A stretch of DNA of 64,000 nt from Octopus sinensis. Its lineage: Eukaryota. The stretch covers positions 2,914,001 through 2,978,000 of the forward strand of contig NC_043026.1 of NCBI RefSeq assembly GCF_006345805.1. Reading direction: 5' to 3'. The notes beneath the pieces are model-generated. The model was not told the origin of the DNA. It made no database searches and saw only the letters and a list, made by a program, of their open reading frames with translations. Shown one piece after another: positions 13,041-26,585 of this stretch. The translations under genes and the position numbers were made by a program. Numbering within the stretch: the stretch's first letter is position 1; each line of letters begins with the position of its first letter.

Positions 13041-14432
13041 TCTCATTATTCCTCCATCTTCTTTATTTTTTCCCCCATATTTCCTCCCTTATAACTCCTT
13101 ATCTCTTTATGACTGATATCCAATCTACAGTGGAGAAGGCTAGCCACTGGATTGGGTTAAAAAGAGACGATGAGCGATGGCTAGAAGGATATTGAGCTTG
13201 ACTTCATAACAAGCTGATCTAGCAAGCGGGGCCTCATATCAGTGAGGGGGGCCGGTGCGCATTGATGCCATCGAGAGGTAGGCCCCGAAACGGCGCGCAT
13301 TCTCTCCTGATGACCCCATACACTTGCTAGCTTCCGGTATGCGGAGTTTTTGACTGGTAGCACTTGCATGTGCAAGTTGTTTGCAAGACACCCCTATTAT
13401 ATCCCCTTATCTCTCTGATTACTCTTCCTTATTATCTCCTTTATCCTTTCCTCCTTCTCCATGACCCTATTATCTCTCCCCTATTATTCCCCCTCATCTC
13501 CCTTATTGCTCCTCCTCTTTCTTGCTTTCTCCCTCATCACCACCACCATCCCCCATATCTCCTTTATCTTTCCCTCCTTATTGTGACAATAAATTACCCT
13601 TTTGGTACACCGTATCTTTTCTTTGAATCTTTAATACATCTATAATATAAAGAAAGCCAGGAGACATGAGATGAATATATATTTCACCAGGTGATATCCT
13701 TGGGGTTTCACCTGTTTCACAGCCAACATGATACTAAAATAATTTATTTTAGTGTATAATAAATCCTGCAGTAATGTTTGCACTAGTGTGTATGTTATAA
13801 ATTGCATAGTACTATTGTACATTTTACAAACCAATGCAAGTACTGAAGGCTATCTCTTCAAATCAACAAAATATGGTTCCTCTCAGATCTCTGAACCTAA
13901 GCAAGACTAATTGTTCTTTCATCATCATCATCGTTTAACGTCCGTTTTCCGCGCTGCACGGGTTGGACGGTTCAACCGGGTCTGGGGAGCCAGGGGCTGC
14001 CCCAGGCTCCAGTCTGATCTGGCAATGTTTCTACAGCTGAATGCCCTTCCTAACGCCAACCACTCCGCGAGTGTAGTGGGTGCTTTTTACGTGCCACCCG
14101 CACACTATTATAAAAATCACCCAATATTAACCCTTTAGTATTTAAACTGGCCATATCCGGCCAAAATGGCTAATCTGTTTTATGTTCAAACTGACCAGAT
14201 CCAGGCTCTCACACCTACCCTACAATGTTATTCTACATGAAGTAATTACACCATCAAGATCTTGAAGATATGAGATAATGCATGATTAATTCAAATCAAT
14301 GGGAATCAATAGGCATTATGTTTGATTGAATAATCTGAACACTAAAGGGTTAATGTAACATTGTCAGTAAATGCCACAGCAACCACCATTAATTATGATG
14401 TATATATAAATCTTGTTGTTTGTTTTCCCCAG

Positions 14433-14537
14433 ATACCAATCTGCCTAAGTGGGCTACGGGCTGCTACCTATGTGTTAAGTTACCAAATCACCAACAGTCT
14501 TGAACCCTCCACTGAAATTTTGGCTCTTTTAGCCAAG
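14433..14537 (+). CDS. GCN1: GCN1 coding exon
   Basis: ttttccccag acceptor, gtaggt donor. IPICLSGLRAATYVLSYQ...LLAK, compared with human IPIAVSGVRG. 105 nt, in frame. Confidence 0.9.
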
Positions 14538-15826
14538 GTAGGTACACCACTTTCCCTGCCTGAGAGAGAGAAAGAGAGTAATTCTGTACATACGGGTGTG
14601 TGTGTGTGTGTGTGTCTCTTTAAGTAATCCTTTCTACTAAAGGCACAAGGCCTGAAATTTGGGGGGAGGCAACTGGTCAGTTACATCAACCCCAGCATGC
14701 AACTGGTACTTAATTCATAGACCTGGCAAAGATGAAAGGCAAAGTCGACCTCAGTGGAATTTGAACTCAGAACGTGAAGACAAAGGAAACACCACTCAGC
14801 ATTTCGCCCAGCATGCTCAGTCTGTCTGTTCGACACCTTTATATATATAATAATGTATGTGTGTGTAAATATATATTTCACCAGGTGATATCTATAAGGT
14901 TTCACCTGTTTCACTGCCCTTATTCTCTCTCTCTCTCTCTCACACCTTGTACCTCCTCTACAGCATGACACCTGTTTCCCTCTCTCTCTCTGTCCCACTC
15001 TAACCTTTCATCATCTGACACAAAATCCCCTCCCCCCAATGGCACCCCCACCCCTCTCAAAAATTCCTTGTTTTACTTGGTGACCCTGCCCGTGTTGGTG
15101 CCATTTCAAAGACATCCAGTCCACTCTGTGAAGTAGTTGGCATCTGGAAGGGCATCCAGTTGTAAAAACCTTGTCAAAACTGACCTCACCTGTGCTGGTG
15201 CTGCATGGAAAGCACTCAGCCCACTCTGTGGAGCGGTTGGCGTTATGAAGGGCACTGGCCAGCCCCAGGTTCCTACTTGAACCCCCCTCCCCAAATGCCA
15301 ACCACTCCAAGAGTGTAGTGGGGTTTTTTTACATGCCACATGCATCTATTTGTATGTGGCAGTGGTGAATTTCATGTGGCACCTGCAAAGGACAAGCCTG
15401 TATGTATGGATGACTGCGATTTTACTTAGCTTGATGTTTCTTTTCAAGTACACCAAATATCGCCACAGCTCCCGGTCCCTTGTCATTTCCTTGGTGAGGC
15501 CCAGCATCGGAAGATACTTCCTCACCAATTTGTCCTATATCTTCCTGGGTCTACCCTTTCCACAGGTTCCCTCCACAATTAGAGATCAGCACTTCTTTAC
15601 ACAGCTGTCCTCATCCCTACGCATCGCATGACCAAACCAGTGCAGTTTTCGCTCTTGCACACCACATCTGATGCTTCTTAAATCATTTACACTCTGTCTT
15701 GCGTGCACACTGACCCACCCAGCAGTGCATGCTGCCTTCATTCCTTCCAAGCCTTCACAAAGAGCCCTATATAACCCCTCTTGACTTTTTTTATTCATTG
15801 GAATCTTCTCTCTCTCACTCTGCCAG

Positions 15827-16045
15827 GGTTTGAAGCACGATTCCAACGATGTGAAACAGTTGTGTGGCCAACTAGCCAGCCACCTCGCTCGACAAACGGA
15901 CCAACCCCTGCCGGCTGTCATGATGAAGTACCTAGTCCCTGCCCTGGTCATGGGCACCAAGGAAAAGAATTTTATTGTGAAAGGCAACAGTGAGTACGGC
16001 CTGCTGGCTGTGCTCCAGCTGGCCAAAGGGGACTCAGTCTACCAG
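15827..16045 (+). CDS. GCN1: GCN1 coding exon
   Basis: ctctgccag acceptor, gtaaga donor. GLKHDSNDVKQL...LVMGTKEKNFIVKGNSEYGLLAVLQL, compared with human NTKDKNTVVRAYSDQA. Confidence 0.92.
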
Positions 16046-16282
16046 GTAAGAAAACCCTGCTGCATGTTGTAGTAATGGGGGGGGAGGTGATTGTGGTAGT
16101 GGTGGTGGTGGTGGTGGTGGTGTTGAAGCAGTGGGGGTGGTGGTGGTTATGGCGATGGCTGCCATGGTAGTGGTTGTAGGGGTGGTGGTGGTGATGGTGG
16201 TGGTTGTTGGGATGTCATGAAAATGGGATTAGGGTGGATTTTTGTTTTAAAGCTTTTATTATTTTCAAATGAATTTCATTGT

Positions 16283-16730
16283 ATTTCTCTCTCTCTCTCT
16301 CTCTCTGTCTGTTTGTCTCTCTCTCTCTCTGTCTCTTTCTCTCACTGTCTGTCTGTTTGTCTCTCTCTCTGTTTCTCTCTCCCTCTCTCTGTCTCTGTCT
16401 CTCTCTCCTTCTCTCTCTGACTGTCTGTCTCTCTCTCACTCTCTATCTCTCTGTCTCTCTCTCCCTCTCTCTGTCTCTGTCTCTCTCTGACTGTCTGTCT
16501 CTCTCTCACTTTCTCTCTCTGTCTCTCTCTCACTCTCTATCTCTCTGTCTCTCTCTCTCTCTGTCTGTCTGTTTGTCTCTCTCTTTCTCTCTGTCTCTCT
16601 CTCTCTCACTCTCTCTCTCTCTCTCTGTCTTTGTTACTGTACCCTCTACTTACTCCCTCCTCTCTTCTGTCTCTCTCTCCCCCTCTCTCTCCTTCTCTCC
16701 CTCACTCACTGTGTCTCTCTCTTTCTCTGT
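16283..16730. repeat. (CT)n/(CTGT)n compound microsatellite ahead of the last GCN1 exon
   Basis: Direct inspection. Confidence 0.9.
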
Positions 16731-16736
16731 CCGCAG

Positions 16737-16868
16737 GCGACCCTGTCCCTCTTAGATGTCGGTATGCAGGAGGCCCTCCAGGATGTCCACACCAAGACAC
16801 TGCGAAAGCTGTTGGCCAAGACAACGACCCCGGTCAGGGAGGAGATCGACGATTCTGTCCTTGTCTAG
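16737..16868 (+). CDS. GCN1: GCN1 terminal coding exon
   Basis: ccgcag acceptor after a long CT tract. ATLSLLDVGMQEALQDVHTKTLRKLL...EEIDDSVLV-TAG, compared with the human end ILDVASLEVL...SLKKL...QVDDTILT. Confidence 0.9.
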   Translation, partial: ATLSLLDVGMQEALQDVHTKTLRKLLAKTTTPVREEIDDSVLV

Positions 16869-17400
16869 AGTGTCACCCGTGGCACATGTTCAACTCCCCC
16901 ACCCCTCCACCCCTCACAAGCTGCTGACCAACACAACCTTCCAACCAACCAACCAACCCTGCACCCTCGTCGTCCCAGCGTCCTCTGTCTCCACATGTTG
17001 GGTGAGGAGGGAGGGAGATTAGCAATGCTTGACCAGTCGGTCTCCCCACCACCACACAGGGACGGAGGGGGTGAGAGAGAGAGAGGGAGAGCAAAGGAGA
17101 TGGGGTTGGTGGTGGTGGTGGTGGTGGTGGCGGTGGCCAGCTGTGGAGCGGAGTGGGGTGGCAGGTGGATGACAGCAGAACAACTGGACTAAGAACCTAC
17201 CCTGTTCCTCACCCACCCACCTGCCCATCCATGACCCACCCCATATGGAAAATTGGCGTGGAAAGGGAATGGGTGAGGAGGGGCACTTGATAATTGGCAT
17301 AAAGTGGTTGTGGCCAAGCAGCAGCAATGAAAATGGAGCAAAATTTATGAGAGTTGAGTGGTGAGTGTTGAGGAAAGCAAGAAACTTGTTCAAGGGGAGA

Positions 17401-17448
17401 AATAAAGTTTTTTTTTTAATTATTTCAATAAATAAACAAATAAATAAA
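17401..17448 (+). promoter_or_regulatory. Probable GCN1 polyadenylation signal cluster
   Basis: Several AATAAA hexamers (first at 17401) about 530 nt after the stop codon, followed by T/GT-rich sequence. Confidence 0.6.
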
Positions 17449-17547
17449 TTTTGTGCAAAACTAAAAAAAATTTGGTGTTTTTTTTTTGTATTTTTGTTTT
17501 AAATTTGTTGGTGAGAGACATGCATTTAGAAAAAGAATGATGATGGT

Positions 17548-18020
17548 TGTCCAGTAGATCTATGATCAAAGACGTTCCAGCTGTGACCATCCTGTCTTTT
17601 ATTCAGACATAGTTTATCAAGGACTACGTTATTTAATGTGTGCTTCCTTGTTGTTGTTGTTTAGCCCCAGGTCAGTCCTGATCCAGTATATCTATGATCA
17701 AAGTTGTTCCAGCTGTGACCATCCTGTCTTTTATTCAGACAGTGTATCAAGGACTACATTATTTAATGTGTGCTTCCTTGTTGTTTAGCCCCAGGTCAGT
17801 TCTGATCCAGTAGATCTATGATCGAAGACGTTCCAGCTGTGACCATCCTGTCTATTATTCAGACATAGTGTATCAAGGACTACGTTATTTAATGTGTGCT
17901 TCCTTCTTGTTGTTTAGCCCCAGGTCAGTCCTGATCCAGTAGATCTATGATCGAAGACGTTCCAACTGTGACCATCCTGTCTTTTATTCAGCCATAGTGT
18001 CTCTTGGACTACATTATCTA
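17548..18020. repeat. Tandem array of about 4 copies of a ~120-130 bp unit
   Basis: Repeated gatctatgatc(a/g)aagacgttccagctgtgaccatcctgtc...ttagccccaggtcagtcctgatccagta; a related dispersed copy at 3215-3380. Confidence 0.85.
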
Positions 18021-19116
18021 ATGGATCCTCAGTTTCCATTATGTCTCGTCCATTCACCCATCCCCTTAGTCTCTTGTTTTCTGCATCATTTGCAATGAAA
18101 TGACATAACATAGAGAGAGGAAGGAAGAGACAGAAAGGTGGGGACAATTTTAAAATTGCATGACCTTTGAGCATTCTGGTGCCACATAAAAATCCCCCCA
18201 GATGCCACAATAAAAGCCACCCACACCCCAAGTTGGCAGAGTGGCTGTGTGATAAGTAGCTTGCTTCCTAACCACGTGGTTCCGGGTTCAGTCCCACAGC
18301 GTGGGCAAGTGTCTTCAACTATAGCCTCAGGTTGACCAAAGTCTTGTGAGATAGAAACTGAAAGCAGCCCGTCATGTGTATATGTTTGTGTGTCTGTGTG
18401 TCACACTAACATCACTTGACAACCAATGTTGGTGTGTTTACATTCCCATAACTTACTGGTTCGGTAAAAGAGACTGATAGAATAAACACTAGGCGTACAA
18501 AGAATAAGTCCTGGAGTCAGTTTGTTCGACTGAAGGCAGTGCTCCAGCATGGCCACAGTCAAATGACAAACAAATGAAGTATTCTCAGTGAATTGGTTGG
18601 AATTACTAAGGACATCCAGCCATAGAAACTATGCCAAAACAACTGGAGCCTGGGGTAGCCGTCCAGCTTGCCAATTCCTGTCACACCAACCAACCCACCC
18701 ATGCCAGCATGGAAAATGGATGTTAAATAATGATGATGACTTCAGGATGAGAAATGAGCTCAGAGAGGTTGTCTGTAACAAAAGGGATGCTCTATTCTTA
18801 TTGTGTCTGAAAGTCTTCCCCTGAGAAACTTTATTGCTCACAACAACCGTTTCAATGCATCTTCTATCAATCCCTCACGTGTAACATACTCTACAACTGG
18901 TGCACATGCATCTCCTCAGGTGATGTTATTAGGAATATTTCATTAAATAAACCCTGTTTTGCTTGGGTTCAATACAGTGAGTGACAGTATGTTTAACCCT
19001 TTTAATACCAACCCGGCTGAAACAGCCTCTGGCTCTAGTACAAATGCCTTGTTTTCATAAGATTTATGTTCGTAACACTCGCTTAATGACAACGAAGTTA
19101 TTTTACTAAATTCTTT

Positions 19117-20041
19117 GTTACCTCCACCTTAGTGAAGGTGGAGGTATTGTTTTTAGTTGCTTCTTTGTCTGTGGACAAGATATTTCAAGAACTGCCGGAT
19201 GGATTCAGATGAAACTTTCAGGAATGTTTGGCCTCGTGACTGGCACAAACTGGTTATATTTTGGGATCGATCCAATGCCAGACAAAGATTCTGGATTATT
19301 TGTTATATTTACTTTACATGATTACGATCTTACGTTATCAAGTCTTTCTCAATTATCTCCCTTTAGGCTGTTTCCAAAGTTTTGTTTTCATTTCTCTGTT
19401 ATTAATTTTACTCGAGTCTCTATCTCAGTAGAAACTGATGGATAAAGAAATCAAACTACATAAAGAACTGGCATCAAACCCCTTCAGAAATGAAATAATA
19501 TATTTCTATAATATACTAGCACTATGATCCGGCATGAGTACTGTACCAATCTCTGACCAATCACATACAGCTAGCTGGCATTCAATTGGCGCATCAAGTT
19601 TCGGTCATTTTGATTGGGTTTTGGAAAGAAAATTCACAAAAAAGTCACTTCTATTGATTTTTTAATGGTTTTGCGGGATGACTGGGGAAATGTAAAGATG
19701 TGCACGACCACCCTTGGACAGTTTTGACTGACCATAGAAAGTGCGAGCACTCTAACTGAAAGATTGTGGATTTGTATAAAGGACACACGCACAGACAGAC
19801 ATTTTGCCGTTTATATATAGAGAGATTTGCGGGGTGACTGCAGAAATGTAAAGATGTGCACGACCACCCTTGGACGGTTTTGACTGACCATAGAAAGTGC
19901 GAGCACTCTAACTGAAAAATTGTGGATTTGTATAAAGGACACACACGCAGACAGACATTTTGCCTTTGATATATATATAGAGAGATCTCTGACTTATCGT
20001 TGAGAGGATGTTGGTGTTCCGTTGGTGGTGGTTTGTGCTCT
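19117..20041. mobile_element. Helitron/Helentron-type non-autonomous elements (nested), including a ~160-bp tandem duplication
   Basis: ttacctccacc...ggtggaggta hairpin start and ggtggtggtttgtgctct end. The inner element begins tatactagc...tccggc; 19670-19822 is repeated at 19825-19985. Confidence 0.45.
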
Positions 20042-20829
20042 TGTTTTATTTAAAATTAATTGCAGGAAACACGGAGCATCTCAACAGAAATATGGTAACA
20101 AAAGGCTAAGAAGAAAAATAATCAGCAGAAGACATGAGGGAAGGAGACCCCACTGTGGTCCCTCTATATGCTAGAAATAATAGCTTAAATTGCTGTCAAT
20201 TCTCACCCTTCCAACTGCTTCTTATGTCCATCTGCCCAAATGTAGAGGTGTGTTTAACCCCTGCGATACCAGCCTCGCTGAAACCACCTCTGGCTCTCTA
20301 GTAAAAATGTCTCGTTTTTATAAGTTTTGAATTAAAATCTTCCACCAAACCTTAGTCACAATTTCTGTTCCTAACACTAGCTTAATGATAACTAAGTTAT
20401 TTTACTAAATTCTTTGTTATATTTAAAATTAATTGAAAGAAACACAGAATCTCAACAAAAAGGTGGTAACAAAAGAGTTATAATCAACAGAAGACATAAG
20501 AGGAGATCTCAATGTGGTCACTCTATATGCTAGAAATAATAGCCTAAATCTCCTTCAATCCACACAATTCCTACTGCTTCTTATGTCCATCGGCCCAAAT
20601 GTAGAGGTGTGTGCAGAGGAGGGGTGAGTCAGTTACAATAACCCCAGTGTTCAACGGGTAATTATTTTTACCCTGAAAAGATGAAAGGCAAAGTCAATTT
20701 CGACAGAATTTAGCAGCAGACAAAATATGACTAAGAATTTTGCTCAGCATGCAACCAATTCCGTCAGTTGGCCACCTTAATTAATAATGATAATAATAAT
20801 AATAATTATTATTACTGAAAAAGATTGTA

Positions 20830-21545
20830 CAAATGTAAAGATAGAACACCTACAAAAATCAGCATTGCTTGGAAAAGCCAGAGTTCTCTGCAGGGTTCTT
20901 GAAGCCTGACCAGTAAACAAGGGTCACCTTAGTCTGCTGTTGGTGGACAGCTGACACTTTCCATCATATCCAGCAAAATAAGCTGAGAGTTTTTGTCAAA
21001 TAATGATAATATCAAGAAAAAGATGCTTTCTAATCGATCTATCAATACCAACAGATGATAATGTATCTTTAAAAGAAATGGAGAAACTCTCAAAATACAA
21101 AGACCTGGAAATAGAGGTAACTCGAATGTGGAGCCTAAAAACAGAATTCTTATAATAGTAGGTGCATTAAGTATGATTAAAAACCATTCAGACAAATATA
21201 TAACCAAAACACCAGCACTTACAAATCTATATAACATACAGAAAAGGCAGCGAGCTGGCAGAAACGTTATCGTGTCGGGCAACACGTTTAGCAGTATTTC
21301 GTCTGTTGTTATGTTCTGAGTTCAAATTACGCCGAGGTCGACTTTGCCTTTCATCCTTTCGGGGTCGATGACTAAAATACCAGTTGCGTACTGGGGTCGA
21401 TATAATCAACTTAATCCCTTTGTCTGTCCTTGTTTGTCCCCTCTATGTTTAGCCCCTTGTGGGTAGTAAAGAAATCTATATAACATACAGAAAAGAGCAC
21501 TGCTAGGGACTGCACACATCACATCCTACATAAAACACTTTCAAT
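20830..21545 (+). mobile_element. Decayed non-LTR element C-terminus (restriction-like endonuclease class, R4/NeSL-like), interrupted by a SINE
   Basis: [20 protein letters not shown]...VGAL...NLYNIQK, resuming as ALLGTAHI after the SINE. Confidence 0.65.
21247..21471 (+). mobile_element. tRNA-derived SINE with a 24-bp target-site duplication
   Basis: aaatctatataacatacagaaaag at 21223-21246 and 21472-21495; B-box-like gagttcaaatt. An antisense copy of the same family lies at about 21803-22037. Confidence 0.85.
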
Positions 21546-22590
21546 ACAACAAAAATAAGAGCATCACAAAAACCCCTGCACCTACCCAAGGCCCACACAG
21601 CTGTGTTCAGGGGTGCAGTGAGAGCACATGATAAAAATATACGATTACAGGTACAAGGCTTCAAATTTGTGGGGAGGGGACTGGTTGATTACGTTGACCC
21701 CAGTGCGTAACGGGTACTTGAATTAGTGATCTCCAAAAGAATGAAAGGCAAAGTGGACCTTGGTGGAATTTGAACTCAGAATGTAGCAACAGGCGAAAAT
21801 GCATATTTCTTTACTACCCACAAGGGGCTAAACACAGAGAGGACAAACAAGGACAGACAAACGGATTAAGTCGATTACACCGACCCCAGTGCGTAACTGG
21901 TACTTATTTAATTGACCCCGAAAGGATGAAAGGCAAAGTGGACCTCGACAGAATTTGAACTCAGAATGTTGCGGCAGGTGAAAATACTGCTAAGCATTTC
22001 ATCTGGTGTTCTAACGATTCTAGCAGCTTTCTGCCTTAAGACTACTAAATAATAATAATAATAGCTCTCATGGCTTCTGATCTTAACTGATTGGAAGTGT
22101 TATCATGTACATTGTTTTATCTTGGTATAAAAGATGGCCTACAGCAAATATTCTGCTCAATACCACAGATTTGCTTGTCAGTTGTTTGACCTTAACCAGT
22201 TGGTCATGTCCCTTAGTGGCTGACGATAAGTGTATCTCTGATCACGAGCAGAAGTAGTGGGGAGCATCAAAGCCATGTGTTGAGAGGAACTCTTTGGGGT
22301 TCGAATAATTCACCTCTGGAAACATGGGTGGTTCTTTCAACATCCTTAAACAACCCTTATTCAGGGACCTTTTGAGTGGGACGGTTTGCTCGACCAGAAG
22401 AAAATTCTAAGTGGGCCCCACCTACAAGGTCATGTGCTGCTTATCTTGATATGAGATCACCATGTCGCGCACATATGATTGTGATGCATGTGCCTGGTGT
22501 ACCCTTATCAGACGGGTAGTCATGATGGGTATATTGGGCTTCGTATATTTTACCCAGTGTCACTTTGATGGCATGAACTGCTCTCTCACT

Positions 22591-22714
22591 CAATAATAAT
22601 AATAATAATAATGATGATAATAATAATAATAAATAATAATAACAATAATAATAATAACAATAATAATAATAATAAATAATAATAATAATAATAATAATAA
22701 CTATGATGATAATG

Positions 22715-22746
<32 letters not shown>

Positions 22747-22825
22747 TATGATGATGATGATGATGATGATGATAACAATAATAATAATAAAAAGGATGAT
22801 GATGATGATGATGATGATAATAATG
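22591..22825. repeat. (AAT)n/(GAT)n microsatellite
   Basis: Direct inspection; a similar tract lies at 26490-26742. Confidence 0.9.
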
Positions 22826-23159
22826 TGGCAATGGAACTGAGGCAAGAAGACCAGATTTGATCCTGGTTTCGAAAGAAGTCATTGCTAGATTATTGACCTC
22901 AGTGTCCCAGGGGATCAGGAGATGTTCATGTGGCAGAGAAAGAGGGTTGACAGTTTGACACGATTTGAAGCATGAGGGGGTTATACCTGTTGTGATGGGG
23001 GCCAGAAGTGCTGCAGAAAACAGATTGATGTCAATGTAGCTGGAATGAGAAAGTTGAGCGAACCCCCATGGTGGTCAGTTATGACCAACTCTTGTTCAAA
23101 AGATATCAGCATACAATCAGCCTGAGAAATAGGATAATAATAATAATAATAATAATAAT

Positions 23160-26100
23160 AATCATCATCATCATCGTTTAACGTCCGCTTTCCATGCTAG
23201 CATGGGTTGGACGGTTCAACTGGGGTCTGGGAGCCCGAAGGCTGCACCAGGCCAGTCAGATCTGGCAGTGTTTCTACAGCTGGATACCCTTCCTAATGGC
23301 AACCACTCCGTGAGTGTAGTGGGTGCTTTTTATGTGCCACCAACACAGGTGCCAGACGAGGCTGGCAGACGGTCACACTCGGATGGTGTTTTTTTATGTG
23401 CCACCGACACAGGTGCCAGACGAGGCTCGCAGACGGCCACGCTCGGATGGTGTTTTTTATGTGCCACCGACACAGGTGCCAGACGAGGCTGGCAGACGGC
23501 CACGCTCGGATGGTGTTTTCGGTGTTTTCTTATGTGCCACCGACACAGGTGCCAGACGAGGCTGGCGAACGGCTACGATCGGATGGTGTTTGTTACGTGC
23601 CCACAGCACAGAGGCCAGTCGATGCGGTACTGGCTACGGTCACGTTCGGATGGTTTTCTTACGTGCCACCGGTACTGGTACCACAAGGATGCAAATTCCA
23701 TTGATGTTCATCTATTTTGATTGATTTGATTTGATTCGATTTGACTTCATTTTGACTTTCACTTGCCTCAACAGGTCTTCACAAGTGTCACAAGCAGGAA
23801 GATATGCACAGGTGGACTGACTACGTCCCAGGTAGGGGCCATGGGTTATGGCTTCACTAGTCTTGCCAGGTCTTCTCACGCACAGCATACTTCCATAGGT
23901 CTCGGTCTCTAGTCATTTCCATGGTGAGACCTAACGTTTGAAGGTCGTGCTTCACCACCTCGTCCCAGGTTTTCCTGGGTCTACCTCTTCCACAGGTTCC
24001 CTCAACTGCTAGGGATTGGCACTTTCTCACACACCTATCTTCATCCATTCTCGCCACATGACCATACCAGCGCAATCGTCTCTCTTGCACACAACAACTG
24101 ATGCTTCTTAGGTACAACATTTCTCTCAAGGAACTAACGCTCTGTCGAGTAAGTACACTGACATTACACATCCATCAGAGCATACTGGCTTCATTCCTCA
24201 TGAGCTTACGCATGTCCTCAGCAGTCACGGCCCATGTTTCACTGCCATGTAGCATGGCAGTTCGTACACATGCATCATACAGTTTGCCCTTTACTCTGAG
24301 CGAGAGGCCTTTAGTCACCAGCAGAGGTAAGAGCTCCCTAAACTTTGCCCAGGCTATTCTTATTCTAGCAGTTACACTCTCAGCGCACCCACCCCCACTA
24401 CTGACTTGGCCACCTAGATAACGGAAGCTATCAACTACTTCTAGTTTTTCCCCTTGGAAAGTGACGGAAGTTGTTTTCTGCAGATCTTCGGAGGTCAATG
24501 CTCCCGAGCATCTGCCACATACAAAAACTATCTTCCCAGTTAGCCTACCTTTGACATTGCTGCACCTCTTATGTGTCCATAGCTTACACTGGGTACATCT
24601 TATAGAGTTTCTACCTACACCTTTTCTACAGATCGAGCAGGGCCATCTTCCTGAGGACATTTGTGGATTGTCTACCTTTCTACTTATTAGTACTTTGGTT
24701 TTAGCTAGGTTGACTCTAAGGCCCCTCGATTCTAAACCCTCCTTCCACACCTGGAACTTCTCCTCCAGTTCTGATAGTGACTCAGCAATTAGAGCGAGGT
24801 CGTCAGCATAGAGGAGCTCCCAGGGGCAACCTGTCTTGAATTCCTCCACAATTGCCTGGAGGACTATGATAAATAGGAGGGGGCTGAGTACTGAACCCTG
24901 GTGGACCCCAACCTCTACTTTGAATTTTTCTGTGTACATGTTGCCAACCCTAACCTTACTTACAGCATCTCTGTACATGGCTTGCACAGCCCTCACCAGC
25001 CATTCATCTATCCCTAGTTTCCTCATTGACCACCAGATAAGGGATCGGGGGACCCTATCAAAAGCTTTCTCCATGTCAACGAAAGCCAGGTACAGGGGCT
25101 TATCTTTGGCTAGGTACTTCTCCTGCAGCTGTCTTACCAGGAATATAGCATCAGTGGTGCTTTTCCCTGGCACGAACCCAAACTGCATCTCATCTAAACT
25201 AACTCTCTCTCTAATTAGTTGGGCTATGACCCTCTCCGTAACCTTCATTACCTGATCCAACAGCTTGATACCTCTGTAATTATTTGTATCTAGGGCATCA
25301 CCTTTACCTTTGTAGCAGTTGACTAGTATGCTGCTACACCAGTCATTGGGTATGACTCCTTCGTGTATCACCTGGTTGACTATACGGGTGACTAGGTTAT
25401 AGCCGACACTGCCAGATATTTTGAGCATCTCTGCAGTAATTCCTGATGGGCCTGGGGCTTTCCCTGTCTTCATGCTTCTAATTGCCTTAGCTACCACGGA
25501 ACTATCAACTCGGATAGCTGGTCCCTCTGTTGGGTCAACATTCGGCAGACTCTCTTAATCCCATTCATTTCCTTTATTCAGCAAGCTTTCATAGTGGCGT
25601 CTCCAAACCTCTCTCTTTGCATCCTCATTTAGCGCAAGTGAACCATCATCCATGCGAACACACTTCTCTCCTACCACATCACAATTCTCTCTCACACACT
25701 GTCTTGCAACACGAAATACCTCAAGTCTTTCATCCTCACGGCGCAGAACATTGGCAAATTTTTTCTTATCCGCTTCCCCTCTGGCTAAATAAACCTGTCT
25801 CCTAGCTTCCCTTCTGGCTGTCTGATACAATTCCCTGCTACCACCGTTCTTCCAGTCCTTCCAAGCCTGTCTCTTTTGTCTAATAGCCCTGTCAACCACA
25901 GTGTTCCACCACCATGTTACTCTGGGTCGAGATGGTACTTTGCTCCATCCACAGATCTGGTCAGTGGCTGTCAGCAGATTGTCCCGTAGAAATCTCCAGT
26001 TGTCTTCCACATTAAGTGAAGCTATATCCCCTTCTATTTCGTCAAAGGCTTCAAGTAGTATGTCTCTAAATCTCTGTCCATTTGCAGGATCTTTAAGCTT

Positions 26101-26489
26101 CCAGACCCTTCTCCTCCAAGCTGGTCTTCTTCTGGGCAACCATTTAGCTCTGATCCTGAAGTCGCTAACTACTAATCTATGTTGAGGAGTACATTCATCG
26201 CCTGGAAAGGTTTTGGCATTTATAATCAGCCCTCTTTCCCTTTTTCTGGCAAGGATGTAGTCAATCTGGCTGGTGTGTCTGCCAGAACAGTAGGTGACTA
26301 GGTGAGAGGTGGGTTTCCTGAAGTTGGTATTGCAGACCATAAGGTCATTTGCATCGCAGAACTCCAGCAGCCTGGTTCCCTCCTCATTACGAGAGCCAAA
26401 ACCGTAGCCTCCATGGACGCCATGGAAGCCCCCGACATGCCGTCCGACATGTCCATTGAAATCACCTGCCACGAAGAGAAGGTCCCACG
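23160..26489 (-). mobile_element. RTE-clade LINE, 5'-truncated within the endonuclease, same family as 6330-9982
   Basis: ORF pieces 25555-26489 and 24175-25497 are nearly identical in protein to the + copy; (GAT)n tail at about 23160. Confidence 0.93.
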
Positions 26490-26585
<96 letters not shown>

